A model generated the notes under the pieces. It was not told the origin of the DNA and did no database searches. It worked only from the letters and a program-made list of their open reading frames with translations. From an uncultured delta proteobacterium (GTDB lineage: Bacteria > Desulfobacterota > Binatia > Binatales > Binataceae): 64,000 nt of DNA. The stretch's first letter is position 1; the number at the start of each line of letters is the position of its first letter. Shown here piece after piece: positions 41,618 through 50,523 of the stretch. The position numbers were made by a program, and so were the translations under genes. Where the stretch lies: assembly GCA_963711565.1 (NCBI GenBank), contig CAVQEQ010000003.1, positions 64,001 to 128,000 on the forward strand, in the 5' to 3' direction.

Positions 41618-42478
41618 TCAAGCGGCCAGCCTGGTCTTCGCAAGCTCGGCAAACGTGATGAGTTCGATTTCATTTCGAGCGATCGACTCGCGCACGCGCG
41701 GGCTGGTGAGAATCTCAACTTCGAGCTGCGCCTCAGCTGCGGGCGGAGTTCCGCCGATGTCGGCGGCGGGATGGAAATACAGTTCGGTCGTGCCGTCACG
41801 GACTCGATCAAGCACGCCGACTATGTAGTCTTCGCTCAGATGCCCGCTCTGATGAAGTCCGAACAGCGCGTCCGTCGAGGCGAGGCCTCGATTCGCCATC
41901 ATGCGGCTGGTGCGGCGCGAGAGCGTGCGAAAAATTATCGACTCGACGAGCTTGCGCGGCGCATGGTCGCGGCGCAGGCGGAGCGTCGTCAGCACGCGCT
42001 CGCGCGGGAGCCGGATGCACGGCACTTTGTATTCGACGGCGAGGTCAACCAGAATATCGGCGAACAAGGGATGGACGTGGAAATTCAAGTGACCGTCGAT
42101 ATGGTTGAGGTAGCCGACGAGCTCGAGGTGGCGCTCGACTTGCGCACGCAGCTCGTCGGTCATCGCGGCGCGCATCGAGCGGTCGAAGAAATAGCGCATA
42201 CCCGCACCGACGGGACTGTCGATGAACTCGCCCGACGCGCTCACCGCGGCACCGAGACGCGAGGCGTCGAGGAGGCTGCGGCCGCGGCAGACGACCGCAT
42301 GCAAGCCCACGTCGAGCGCGGGATTGTCGCGCGCCATGTCGGCGGCGGCACGCGCGGCTGGCTCCGCCACCATCAGGCTCGCACTGCGCAGAATTCCGTC
42401 GCGATGCGCGCGGATGATACCGGCGTTGACCTCGGGCGACAAGCCGAAGTCGTCGGCGTTGACGATCAGGCGCTTCAA
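41618..42478 (-). CDS. hpnK: HpnK/YdjC-family deacetylase
   Basis: LIVNADDFG, VGLH, HIDGHLNFHVHP, ELYFHP; hopanoid context. Confidence 0.8.
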   Translation of the reverse strand: MKRLIVNADDFGLSPEVNAGIIRAHRDGILRSASLMVAEPAARAAADMARDNPALDVGLHAVVCRGRSLLDASRLGAAVSASGEFIDSPVGAGMRYFFDRSMRAAMTDELRAQVERHLELVGYLNHIDGHLNFHVHPLFADILVDLAVEYKVPCIRLPRERVLTTLRLRRDHAPRKLVESIIFRTLSRRTSRMMANRGLASTDALFGLHQSGHLSEDYIVGVLDRVRDGTTELYFHPAADIGGTPPAAEAQLEVEILTSPRVRESIARNEIELITFAELAKTRLAA

Positions 42479-42583
42479 GCAGCGCCACCGCGACCAGTCC
42501 AAGTCAAATGCACCGCTCGATTTTGCTAGTATCTGACGGCTCGCTCAAGCGTCTTGGCGGAGTGCCAGAATGAGATCGCGAAA

Positions 42584-43387
42584 TTGATTCTTGTCTTTTA
42601 CGCGTTCGCGCGGGAGATCGCGCCATTCAAGCGTCGCCTTCGCAATCGTGCTCCGCTCGCTCTCGACGACTTGCATGGCTTCCGCGCGGAGATCGGCGGC
42701 AAAGATTTTGCGGTCATCGGGCACGGAATCGGTCATCGACGCGCAACCGAAGCCGCGCGCCGTGCGTTCGATCGAATGCCCGGAGCAGAATTGGTAATCG
42801 GCACCGGCGTCGTTGGCGCGCTGTCGAGCGGACTAAAGCCCGGCGATCTCGTCCTCTCCGATCGTGTCTTGACGATTCATACGGACAGCACGCTGGCGGA
42901 AGAAGGGACAGCCGTCAGCGACGTGCACCTGCGCGCCGTCGGCCGATCGCTCACGAGCGCGAGGATTGCGTACTCAACCGGTGCGATCCTGACCTCGCAT
43001 CGCGTGCTCGCCACCGGCGCCGAGAAACGACGCGCCAAGGAAAGCACCGGCGCGATCGCGGTCGATATGGAAACTGCCGCGGTGGCCGCGGAAGCCGCTG
43101 CGCGCGGACTTCCGTTCGTCGCGATTCGCGCCGTGCTCGACGAAGTTGACGACGAAGTGGTGGCCGCCGCGATGGCTGACGAAGACGGCAACGTGCGGCC
43201 GCTCGCCGCGACGTCGTACCTGATTCGCAACCCGGCGACGATGCTGAAGCTGCCGCGGATGATGCGAAACCTTTCGCGCGCAACAGCTTCGATCGCCGAC
43301 GCACTCACGGCCATCGCGCACGAGGGCAAGCTTCCTGCAGCCGCTAAGCGTGCTCGCGCGCCGGTGGAGCGAAAGCCCCCGCGCTGA
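42584..43387 (+). CDS. hpnG: Nucleoside phosphorylase/nucleosidase, HpnG-like (start uncertain)
   Basis: GVVGAL..GLKPGDLV, AVDMET, IRAVLD; hopanoid context. Confidence 0.65.
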   Translation: MILVFYAFAREIAPFKRRLRNRAPLALDDLHGFRAEIGGKDFAVIGHGIGHRRATEAARRAFDRMPGAELVIGTGVVGALSSGLKPGDLVLSDRVLTIHTDSTLAEEGTAVSDVHLRAVGRSLTSARIAYSTGAILTSHRVLATGAEKRRAKESTGAIAVDMETAAVAAEAAARGLPFVAIRAVLDEVDDEVVAAAMADEDGNVRPLAATSYLIRNPATMLKLPRMMRNLSRATASIADALTAIAHEGKLPAAAKRARAPVERKPPR

Positions 43388-44138
43388 ACCCGCCGTCAAT
43401 CGGCACCGCGATGCCCGTGATGAACCCCGCCTCGTCCGACGCAAGGAACGCCGCGAGCGCGCCGACCTCTTCCGGCTTGCCGTTGCGCCCGAGCGGATGC
43501 ATGTTGCCGGTGCGTTCCCACACCAACTGCGACGCGCCGGCGGGAACGGTATTGCAATTTTCCGCGATTGGCGTCTCGATGACGCCGGGGCAAATCGACA
43601 CGCATCGAATCTTATGGCGCGCGAAGTCGAGCGCGATTCCCTTCGACATGATCACGACGCCGCCCTTCGCTGCCTGGTAGGCGCCGAGATTCGGCACGCC
43701 CTCGATTCCTGCGCCGCTGGCGGTGTTGATGATCACGCCGCCGCCCTGCTTGATCATTTGCGGGATCGCATACTTGCAGCCGAAGAACACGCCCTTCAGG
43801 CACACGTCCACGACCCAATCCCATTCTTCCTCGCTCGTGTCGACCACGGTCTTGGGCACGAAAACGCCCGCGTTGTTGAACAGGATGTCGAGCCGGCCGA
43901 ACGCGCGGATAGTTTCGTTGACCATGCGCTCGACCTCGGCGCCGACGCGCACATCCACCGACACTGAGTTCGCGACGCCGCCGGCCTTCTCGATCTCGGC
44001 CGCCGTATTGCTCGCCGTCTCCGCGCGCACGTCGGCCACCATCACCTTCGCGCCTTCATGCGCGAACCGAATCGCGCTGGCGCGCCCGATTCCCGAACCC
44101 GCACCCGTGATTAACGCAACTTTGTCCTTGAGCAGCAT
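43344..44138 (-). CDS. Short-chain dehydrogenase/reductase
   Basis: TGAGSGIG, NNAG, YQAAK, PIDGG. Confidence 0.92.
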   Translation of the reverse strand: MLLKDKVALITGAGSGIGRASAIRFAHEGAKVMVADVRAETASNTAAEIEKAGGVANSVSVDVRVGAEVERMVNETIRAFGRLDILFNNAGVFVPKTVVDTSEEEWDWVVDVCLKGVFFGCKYAIPQMIKQGGGVIINTASGAGIEGVPNLGAYQAAKGGVVIMSKGIALDFARHKIRCVSICPGVIETPIAENCNTVPAGASQLVWERTGNMHPLGRNGKPEEVGALAAFLASDEAGFITGIAVPIDGGFSAGAFAPPAREHA

Positions 44139-44214
44139 TTCAGGTCACCTCGACTTTAGTCTTGGCCGGATGACCGACGCTTGCCACACTCGGCGGAGAT
44201 TTGAAAGCGCGCCG

Positions 44215-45114
44215 TTAGGCGGTGACGCTGCGCACCTTGTGTGTGCGCGCGCTCGTTGGCTTCCAGACAGGAAGATCTCGCTCGTAGGGAAAGTCCGCGA
44301 GATGCCGTTCGATCGCCGCGTCGTCGCCCCACGACTCGTGCCGCGTCAGGATATGAATCGCCAGTACCGTGAAGGGCAGGTAAATGAATATCCCGGCCCA
44401 TCCCACATTCGGCGCGTTGATTCGGAACAGCATCGTGATTCCGAAAATCACGATCCCGAAATAGAGCGCCGGACCAAGCAGCGCGCGCGAGCGCATCGCA
44501 GGAACAGAACCGGCGGGCTTCGCAGAACCGCGATTGAGCGACGCGTCGAGCCAATGGAAAATCGCAATCGTGATCGCCGCGACGAGATACCAACCGAGAT
44601 AGTTGGTGATCGGCACGCCGAAGTGCGGACCCGGCGGGTCGTACCAGAAAATCTTGCCGAGGAACCATCTGTCGCCGAGCACGCTCAGCGGATCGACGAC
44701 CATGTCCACCATCACCATGAACAGCGCCGCCATCAGCCATACCCGCGGCGCTCGGCGAATTTGCCACGTGTCGAGAATTCGGAAGTCAAAACCGCGCCGA
44801 TACAGCGGCGAGCTGAGCAGCAGCGCGACCGTGTAGCTGGCGAACGCGAGGAAGGTGAATGAGAGCGAATCCATGAACGGAACGCCGAAGACCCAGATCT
44901 CTCGGGCGCGGGTCGCTTCAATATAGTGATACAGGCCGAACGGGAACCCGTTGTGGATCGACGACCACTCGGACGCGAGCGAGACGGCGTAGGTGAGCAC
45001 GGTGAATAACAGCGTCGTGCGCAGGCCGAAGTTCACAACCGCGATAAACAGAAAACTCGCCAGGAAGATGAACACATACGGGCGCAGCGCGATCGTGGAC
45101 AACAGCAGATGCAT
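44215..45114 (-). CDS. CruF-like (DUF422, carotenoid biosynthesis) membrane protein
   Basis: GFPFGLYHY, GVPF, DMVVDP, FGVPITNYLGW; several TM helices. Confidence 0.75.
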   Translation of the reverse strand: MHLLLSTIALRPYVFIFLASFLFIAVVNFGLRTTLLFTVLTYAVSLASEWSSIHNGFPFGLYHYIEATRAREIWVFGVPFMDSLSFTFLAFASYTVALLLSSPLYRRGFDFRILDTWQIRRAPRVWLMAALFMVMVDMVVDPLSVLGDRWFLGKIFWYDPPGPHFGVPITNYLGWYLVAAITIAIFHWLDASLNRGSAKPAGSVPAMRSRALLGPALYFGIVIFGITMLFRINAPNVGWAGIFIYLPFTVLAIHILTRHESWGDDAAIERHLADFPYERDLPVWKPTSARTHKVRSVTA

Positions 45115-45122
45115 CGCCTTGC

Positions 45123-46127
45123 CTACGCGGCGCTCTTCGCCGGCCCTCTGGATCTGAAAAATTCGATAGCTGTCGCGATCGCGGCGTCGATCGGTCCGGG
45201 CGAATAGCCCAACTCCGCGCGCGCCTTCGACGAGTCGAAGAACATTCTCTTTCGCGCCATCCGCACTTCGGTCAGGCTGGCGCGTGGCGCGCGGCGCGTG
45301 ACGGTGCGCGCAAACGCTTCGGCGCCGAGCGCGTAGCCGAACGCTACCGCGTATGGAATTCGCACCTTCGGCCCAGGCATTCCTGAGATCGCCGCGAGCC
45401 GTCCCAGAAATTCCTTGAGCGTGAGATTCTCACCGCCCAAAATATATTTCTCGCCGATTCGTCCGCGCTCCGCCGCAAGCAGATGGCCGCGCGCGACATC
45501 TTCGACATCAACGATATTGAGCCCGGTCTCAACGTACGCCGGCATCCGCCGATTCAGGAAGTCCACGATGATTCTGCCGGTTGGCGTCGGCTTGAAGTCC
45601 AGCGCGCCAATCGGCGTCGAGGGATTCACAATCACCACCGGCGCGCCTGCCCGTGCGGCCTCGAGCGCCGCTTGCTCAGCCATGTACTTCGATCGTTTGT
45701 AATGACCCGGCATCGCGGCGAGCGACGACGGCGTGTCTTCGCGCCCCACTCCGCCATGCGGAATCCCGAGCGCCCCCACCGTGCTGGTATAGACGATTCG
45801 CGAAACTCCCGCATCGGTTGCGGCCCGGATAACATGCTGCGTGCCGGTGACGTTGGTCGCATACATCGGCGCCGGATCGGTCAGCCACAGCCGGTAGTCG
45901 GCGGCGACGTGATAGACCTCGTTGCATCCGTTCACCGCGCGCGCGACCGAATCGAAGTGCCGGAGATCGCCGCACACGATCTCGATCGGCAAACCGACCA
46001 GCGCACTCAGATCCGCGTTCTCGCGCGCCAGCACTCGCACGCGGTCGCCGCGGGCAAGCAGCGCGCGCACAACGTGACATCCAACGAATCCGTTGCCGCC
46101 CGTTACCAGCGCTAACCTGGTAGTCAT
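45123..46127 (-). CDS. hpnA: Hopanoid-associated sugar epimerase
   Basis: TGGNGFVG, HVAADYRLW, YKRSK, PTPTG. Confidence 0.9.
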   Translation of the reverse strand: MTTRLALVTGGNGFVGCHVVRALLARGDRVRVLARENADLSALVGLPIEIVCGDLRHFDSVARAVNGCNEVYHVAADYRLWLTDPAPMYATNVTGTQHVIRAATDAGVSRIVYTSTVGALGIPHGGVGREDTPSSLAAMPGHYKRSKYMAEQAALEAARAGAPVVIVNPSTPIGALDFKPTPTGRIIVDFLNRRMPAYVETGLNIVDVEDVARGHLLAAERGRIGEKYILGGENLTLKEFLGRLAAISGMPGPKVRIPYAVAFGYALGAEAFARTVTRRAPRASLTEVRMARKRMFFDSSKARAELGYSPGPIDAAIATAIEFFRSRGPAKSAA

Positions 46128-46142
46128 TCGATTAGTCAATAG

Positions 46143-47507
46143 CTATTCGGCGGGCCGCGCGAGAACGGCGGTTGCCGCGGCCCGTCCGGAAATCACAGCG
46201 CTCTCAATCGTCGCCGGCAGTTCCGTTTGTATCCAGTCGCCGGCCAGAAAGAAGTTCGCGATCGGCGTCTTCGCCGTCGGGCGCAATTCATGCGATCGAA
46301 GGTCCGGCGCCATCGTCGCGTTCTTCTCCTTGAGCACCAGCGACTTCACGACTCTGGCTTCGCGCGACGCTGGAATCATGGCGTGGAGATCGTTGATCAC
46401 GATATCAAGAATTTCCTGGTTGCTCCGATCGACCAGCTTACGCGCGCCGCTGATCACGAAACTAAGGTAACCCGGATGCGCCTCGCCGCGCTGCTCGAAT
46501 ATCCGGCGTTTGTTGAATAGCCATTGAGTAGTGGTGCCGATAAAGCCGATGAACGGCGAATTAGTCACTTCGCGATCGAGCCACACGTGGACGCAGATGA
46601 TCGGCGAGCTCGAAAGACCCGTGAAGCGAGAAAAAAATGGATCGGCGACCGCGTTTTCCGGCAGGAGTCGCAACAACTGCGGCGCCGGGACCGCGCTGAT
46701 GAAATCCGATGCCTCGACTCGACGCCCGTCGCGCAGCCGCACGCTTGCGACACGCCCTCCGGCGCCAAGTTCCAGCATCTCGACGATCGAATGCGAAGCA
46801 ACCGTCCCACCCGCCCGCTCAATCAAACGCTTCGCGCCTATGCAGTACAGGTCGCTCAGGCCGACGCGCGAATAGACGAATGCCGAGTCGCCGCGTCGCG
46901 AAAAAAATCCGCGCTTTAGAACTTCGGCCAACAACTGCGCCGATGACGATTCCGGCTCGTCGTTCAGCGTCGCGATCGACATTGGGTACCAAAAGCATCG
47001 GCGCGCATGTTCCGATTGCCCGAGACGATCCATCAACTGCGCGACGGTGAGATGGCGCAGTTCGCTTTTGCTGGAGCGTCTCATCGCGAGCATGCGAAGT
47101 CCGCCGCGCATGACGCTCATTCGCTCCGTGATAGTGAGATGCCGGTAGCCGAGCAGCGCGGCCGTCATGTGCAGAGGGCCCGGCAGGCGCGCGGTTTTCA
47201 GCACTGCACTTTGGCCGGCACCTGCGAGCATTTCGATCTCCAGATCCTCGTGAAACACCAGCTGATCGTAGGCGCCGATTCGCCGCAGAAAATCGAGCGT
47301 TTCAGTGTAACAACCCATCAGGACGTGCTGCCCATTGTCGACGAAATCGCCGGTGTCAGGATCGGCGAACGAATACGCACGCCCGCCAAGCGCGGGTTTC
47401 CCCTCGAGCACGGTGACCCGCACGCCTCTCTCTGCGAGCGCAACCGCCGCGCTCAGTCCCGCAAAGCCGGCGCCGATAACGACCGCATTTTTGGTCACGA
47501 CTGCCAT
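46143..47507 (-). CDS. hpnE: Hydroxysqualene dehydroxylase
   Basis: GAGFAGL, GGRAYS, VDNGQHVLMGCY, LAGDW...LPATIESAV.SG. Confidence 0.92.
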   Translation of the reverse strand: MAVVTKNAVVIGAGFAGLSAAVALAERGVRVTVLEGKPALGGRAYSFADPDTGDFVDNGQHVLMGCYTETLDFLRRIGAYDQLVFHEDLEIEMLAGAGQSAVLKTARLPGPLHMTAALLGYRHLTITERMSVMRGGLRMLAMRRSSKSELRHLTVAQLMDRLGQSEHARRCFWYPMSIATLNDEPESSSAQLLAEVLKRGFFSRRGDSAFVYSRVGLSDLYCIGAKRLIERAGGTVASHSIVEMLELGAGGRVASVRLRDGRRVEASDFISAVPAPQLLRLLPENAVADPFFSRFTGLSSSPIICVHVWLDREVTNSPFIGFIGTTTQWLFNKRRIFEQRGEAHPGYLSFVISGARKLVDRSNQEILDIVINDLHAMIPASREARVVKSLVLKEKNATMAPDLRSHELRPTAKTPIANFFLAGDWIQTELPATIESAVISGRAAATAVLARPAE

Positions 47508-48416
47508 TTATCCGCGGAGCGCGCTGAAGCGGCCCTCTGCCCACGCGCGGCCGACCAGGTAGAGCTTGTGCGGCGCGGACAGGCTGTGGCGGCGGTCGAG
47601 CACGCGATAGTTCGACTTGATGATTCGTTCGAGCAGCGCGGCGTAAATGAGGCGCATCGCTTCCGCGGTCAGCAGCGTCGCGCGATCTTCTGCCGCGAGT
47701 TCGCTCTGCGCCAGCGCGTAAAGTTCCCGCGCGCGCCGGGCCTCGAAGTCCATCAGGCCGACGAAGTTCGGCGTGTACACGCCGCCGAGAATTTCTTCCT
47801 CGCTCACGTTGAAGCGCGCGAGGTCTTCCAGAGGCAGATAAATCCGGCCGCGCTCGGCGTCCTCGCGCACGTCGCGCAGAATATTCGTCAGCTGAAGCGC
47901 CAGCCCGAGGTTTTCGGCGTAGAGCTTCGCCGACGGATTGCGGTAGCCGAAAATCTCGATGCAGATTAGGCCCAGCGCCGACGCGACGCGGTAACAGTAC
48001 GGCCGCAGTTCTTCCCAGCTCTGATAGCGCTTGCGCGAGAGGTCCATCTCCACACCGTTGATGATTTCCTCGAACAGCTCGCGCGGAATATGAAATCGCT
48101 TCGCGCTGTCGGCGAGGGCGCGGGAGAGCGCGCGTGTCGGCGCGCCCGCATACACGCGATCGAGTTCCTCGCGCCATCGCTTGAGCAACAGCGCCGGCTC
48201 GCGAATCGATTCGTCGTCGGCAATATCGTCGATGAAGCGGCAGAACGCATATACCGCGTGCAGCGCACGGCGCCGCTCGGGCGGCAGCAAAATGAACGCG
48301 TAGTAAAAGCTCGAACGCGATCGCCGCGTGACTTGCGCGCAGCGTTCGTAGTCAGCGTCGAGCGACGAGGCGTCGCTTCCGGCGAGTTCTTCAGAGGCCG
48401 GCGGCGTTGCTGTCAG
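47508..48416 (-). CDS. hpnD: Presqualene diphosphate synthase; probable CTG start
   Basis: YERCAQVTRRSRSSFYYAF upstream of the ORF-track start; YAFCRFIDDIAD, LQLTNILRDV.ED. Confidence 0.9.
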   Translation of the reverse strand: MTATPPASEELAGSDASSLDADYERCAQVTRRSRSSFYYAFILLPPERRRALHAVYAFCRFIDDIADDESIREPALLLKRWREELDRVYAGAPTRALSRALADSAKRFHIPRELFEEIINGVEMDLSRKRYQSWEELRPYCYRVASALGLICIEIFGYRNPSAKLYAENLGLALQLTNILRDVREDAERGRIYLPLEDLARFNVSEEEILGGVYTPNFVGLMDFEARRARELYALAQSELAAEDRATLLTAEAMRLIYAALLERIIKSNYRVLDRRHSLSAPHKLYLVGRAWAEGRFSALRG

Positions 48417-49339
48417 ACTTCAAGACGGCCACGGATCGCGCTCCATCCCAGTTTCAGGTAGTCGAGTTTCGTTAGTTCCGGACGCATCCGGAAAACGTCG
48501 TAGTTGACGCGATCGATCGCGCGCAGTATCGCCAGCCCGCCGCCCGCGAACATCACGATGTCGCGACGCAGTCGCTTGTCCACGCGCTTGTGCAGTTCTC
48601 CACCCTCGACGAGCATCGCGCGCGCGACCTCGACTTCGCGACGCATCAAGTCGATGAACTCGCGTCCGGACGTATGCGCCGTCAGGTCCGCAGGCGTCAC
48701 GCCGAATCGTTCCATGTCGCGGCGCGGAAAATAAATTCGTCCTTTGTCGAGATCGACGGCGACGTCCTGCCAGAAATTCGCGAGCTGCAATCCGCTGCAA
48801 ACGAGATCCGACAGACGCTGCCGCTCGGCGTCGCGATAGCCGAACAGGTAGAGCACGAGCCGGCCGACCGGATTCGCGGAGTAGCGTGAGTAACCGAGCA
48901 GGTCGTCGAGCGTGTCGAAGCCCTTGAAGTTCACATCGGAGCGAAACGCGGTCAGCAGATCCTTGAACGGCTCGCTCGGAATGTCGAAGCGGCGCACAGT
49001 ATCGGCGAGCGCAATGAACACCGGATGGCGCGGCGCGCCGGCATACGCCAAATCGAGCTCGCGCTCCCAATCGTCGAGCATCGCGAGGTCGTGATGCTCA
49101 TCGGCGAAGTCGTCAGCCATCCGCGCGTAGGCGTAAATCGCGTACATGTGCGGACGCATCTCGCGCGGCATCAGCCACGACGCCACGGTGAAATTTTCGT
49201 AGTGCGACTTCGCCAGCCGCGCGCAGAATTCGTACGCGCTCGCGACGTCGAACGTTCCCGCCGGCATCGACGCGTCCGGCGCCGCACTCGATGCGTACGA
49301 CATTACGCCGCCATCCACGTTGCCTCGCGCGGTTGCCAT
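48413..49339 (-). CDS. hpnC: Squalene synthase HpnC
   Basis: HYENFTVAS, YAYARMADD, SANPVGRLVL, LQLANFWQD. Confidence 0.93.
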   Translation of the reverse strand: MATARGNVDGGVMSYASSAAPDASMPAGTFDVASAYEFCARLAKSHYENFTVASWLMPREMRPHMYAIYAYARMADDFADEHHDLAMLDDWERELDLAYAGAPRHPVFIALADTVRRFDIPSEPFKDLLTAFRSDVNFKGFDTLDDLLGYSRYSANPVGRLVLYLFGYRDAERQRLSDLVCSGLQLANFWQDVAVDLDKGRIYFPRRDMERFGVTPADLTAHTSGREFIDLMRREVEVARAMLVEGGELHKRVDKRLRRDIVMFAGGGLAILRAIDRVNYDVFRMRPELTKLDYLKLGWSAIRGRLEV

Positions 49340-49343
49340 AGTC

Positions 49344-50513
49344 TCAGGCTGCCACCGGCCGCGCGGCGATAAGTTCGCGCGCCGCGGACCGCGCCCATCC
49401 GTCGGTTTCGAGGAGATCCTCGATCGTTTGCGCCGCTGAGTTGTGATGCCGATTCATCACCGTCTCGATATGGCGCGGGATGTCCATGAAGCGGACGCGT
49501 CCCGCCAAGAAGCCCGCGACCAGTTCTTCGTTGGCGGCGTTGAGGCATGCGGTCATTGTGTTGCCGGCCGCGAGCGCATCGTACGCCAGCCGCAGACACG
49601 GGAAGCGCCGCAGGTCGGGTTCTTCAAACGTCAGTCGCGAATTTTCCGCCAGCGACAGCGGTTTCAGATGCGTCATCGGCAGCCGCTCCGGATACGCGAG
49701 CGCGTACGCGACCGGAATCGCCATGTCGGGAATCGCCATCTCGGCGATCACCGAGCCGTCGATCATCTCGACCATCGAATGAATCACGCTCTGCGGATGA
49801 ATCACGACCGAGACTTCGCTCGCTTTCAGATCGAACAGCCAGCGCGCCTCGATCACCTCAAGCCCCTTGTTCATCAGCGTCGCGGAGTCGATCGTAATCT
49901 TGCTGCCCATCACCCAGGTCGGATGCTTCAGCGCCTGTTCAATAGTGATCGACTCGAAACGATCCGCCGGCAACTCGCGAAACGGGCCGCCTGACGCGGT
50001 CAAAATTATCCGCTTCAACGACTCGCGCCCGCGACCTTGCAGGCATTGAAAAACCGCGTTGTGCTCGCTGTCAACGGGCAATAACTGCACGCGATTCTCG
50101 CGCACCGCCGCCGTGATCAGCTCGCCCGCGATGACCAGCACTTCCTTGTTGGCGAACGCGATGTCCTTGCCGGACTTGATCGCGGCGAGCGTCGGCTGCA
50201 ATCCCATCGCGCCGACCAGCGCCGACATCACGAGCTTCGCCTCAGGATGCGTCGCGACCGCGATCGCGCCTTCGAGCCCGTGCATGATCGTCACGCGATG
50301 CGCGCCAAGGCGCGTCGCCAGTTCGCGCGCGAGTTCAGGCGTGGCCACCGAAACCAATTCGGGGCGAAATAGCTTTACTTGCTCAATCAGCAGATCCAGG
50401 TTGCGTCCCGCCGCCATCGCGACGACGCGAAACCGGTCGCGGAAGCGGCCGACTACGTCGAGCGTCGTGACGCCGACCGAGCCGGTCGAGCCGAGAATTG
50501 AAATCGCCTTCAT
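49344..50513 (-). CDS. dxr: 1-deoxy-D-xylulose-5-phosphate reductoisomerase
   Basis: LGSTGSVG, ANKE, PVDSEH, KITIDSATLMNKGLE, NAANE. Confidence 0.97.
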   Translation of the reverse strand: MKAISILGSTGSVGVTTLDVVGRFRDRFRVVAMAAGRNLDLLIEQVKLFRPELVSVATPELARELATRLGAHRVTIMHGLEGAIAVATHPEAKLVMSALVGAMGLQPTLAAIKSGKDIAFANKEVLVIAGELITAAVRENRVQLLPVDSEHNAVFQCLQGRGRESLKRIILTASGGPFRELPADRFESITIEQALKHPTWVMGSKITIDSATLMNKGLEVIEARWLFDLKASEVSVVIHPQSVIHSMVEMIDGSVIAEMAIPDMAIPVAYALAYPERLPMTHLKPLSLAENSRLTFEEPDLRRFPCLRLAYDALAAGNTMTACLNAANEELVAGFLAGRVRFMDIPRHIETVMNRHHNSAAQTIEDLLETDGWARSAARELIAARPVAA

Positions 50514-50523
50514 CGTAACTCGT

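Noticed and set aside
47508-49339. Phytoene synthase / carotenoid cluster interpretation
   Set aside because: HYENF (HpnC) and DNGQH (HpnE) motifs plus adjacent shc/hpnH indicate squalene-hopanoid synthesis
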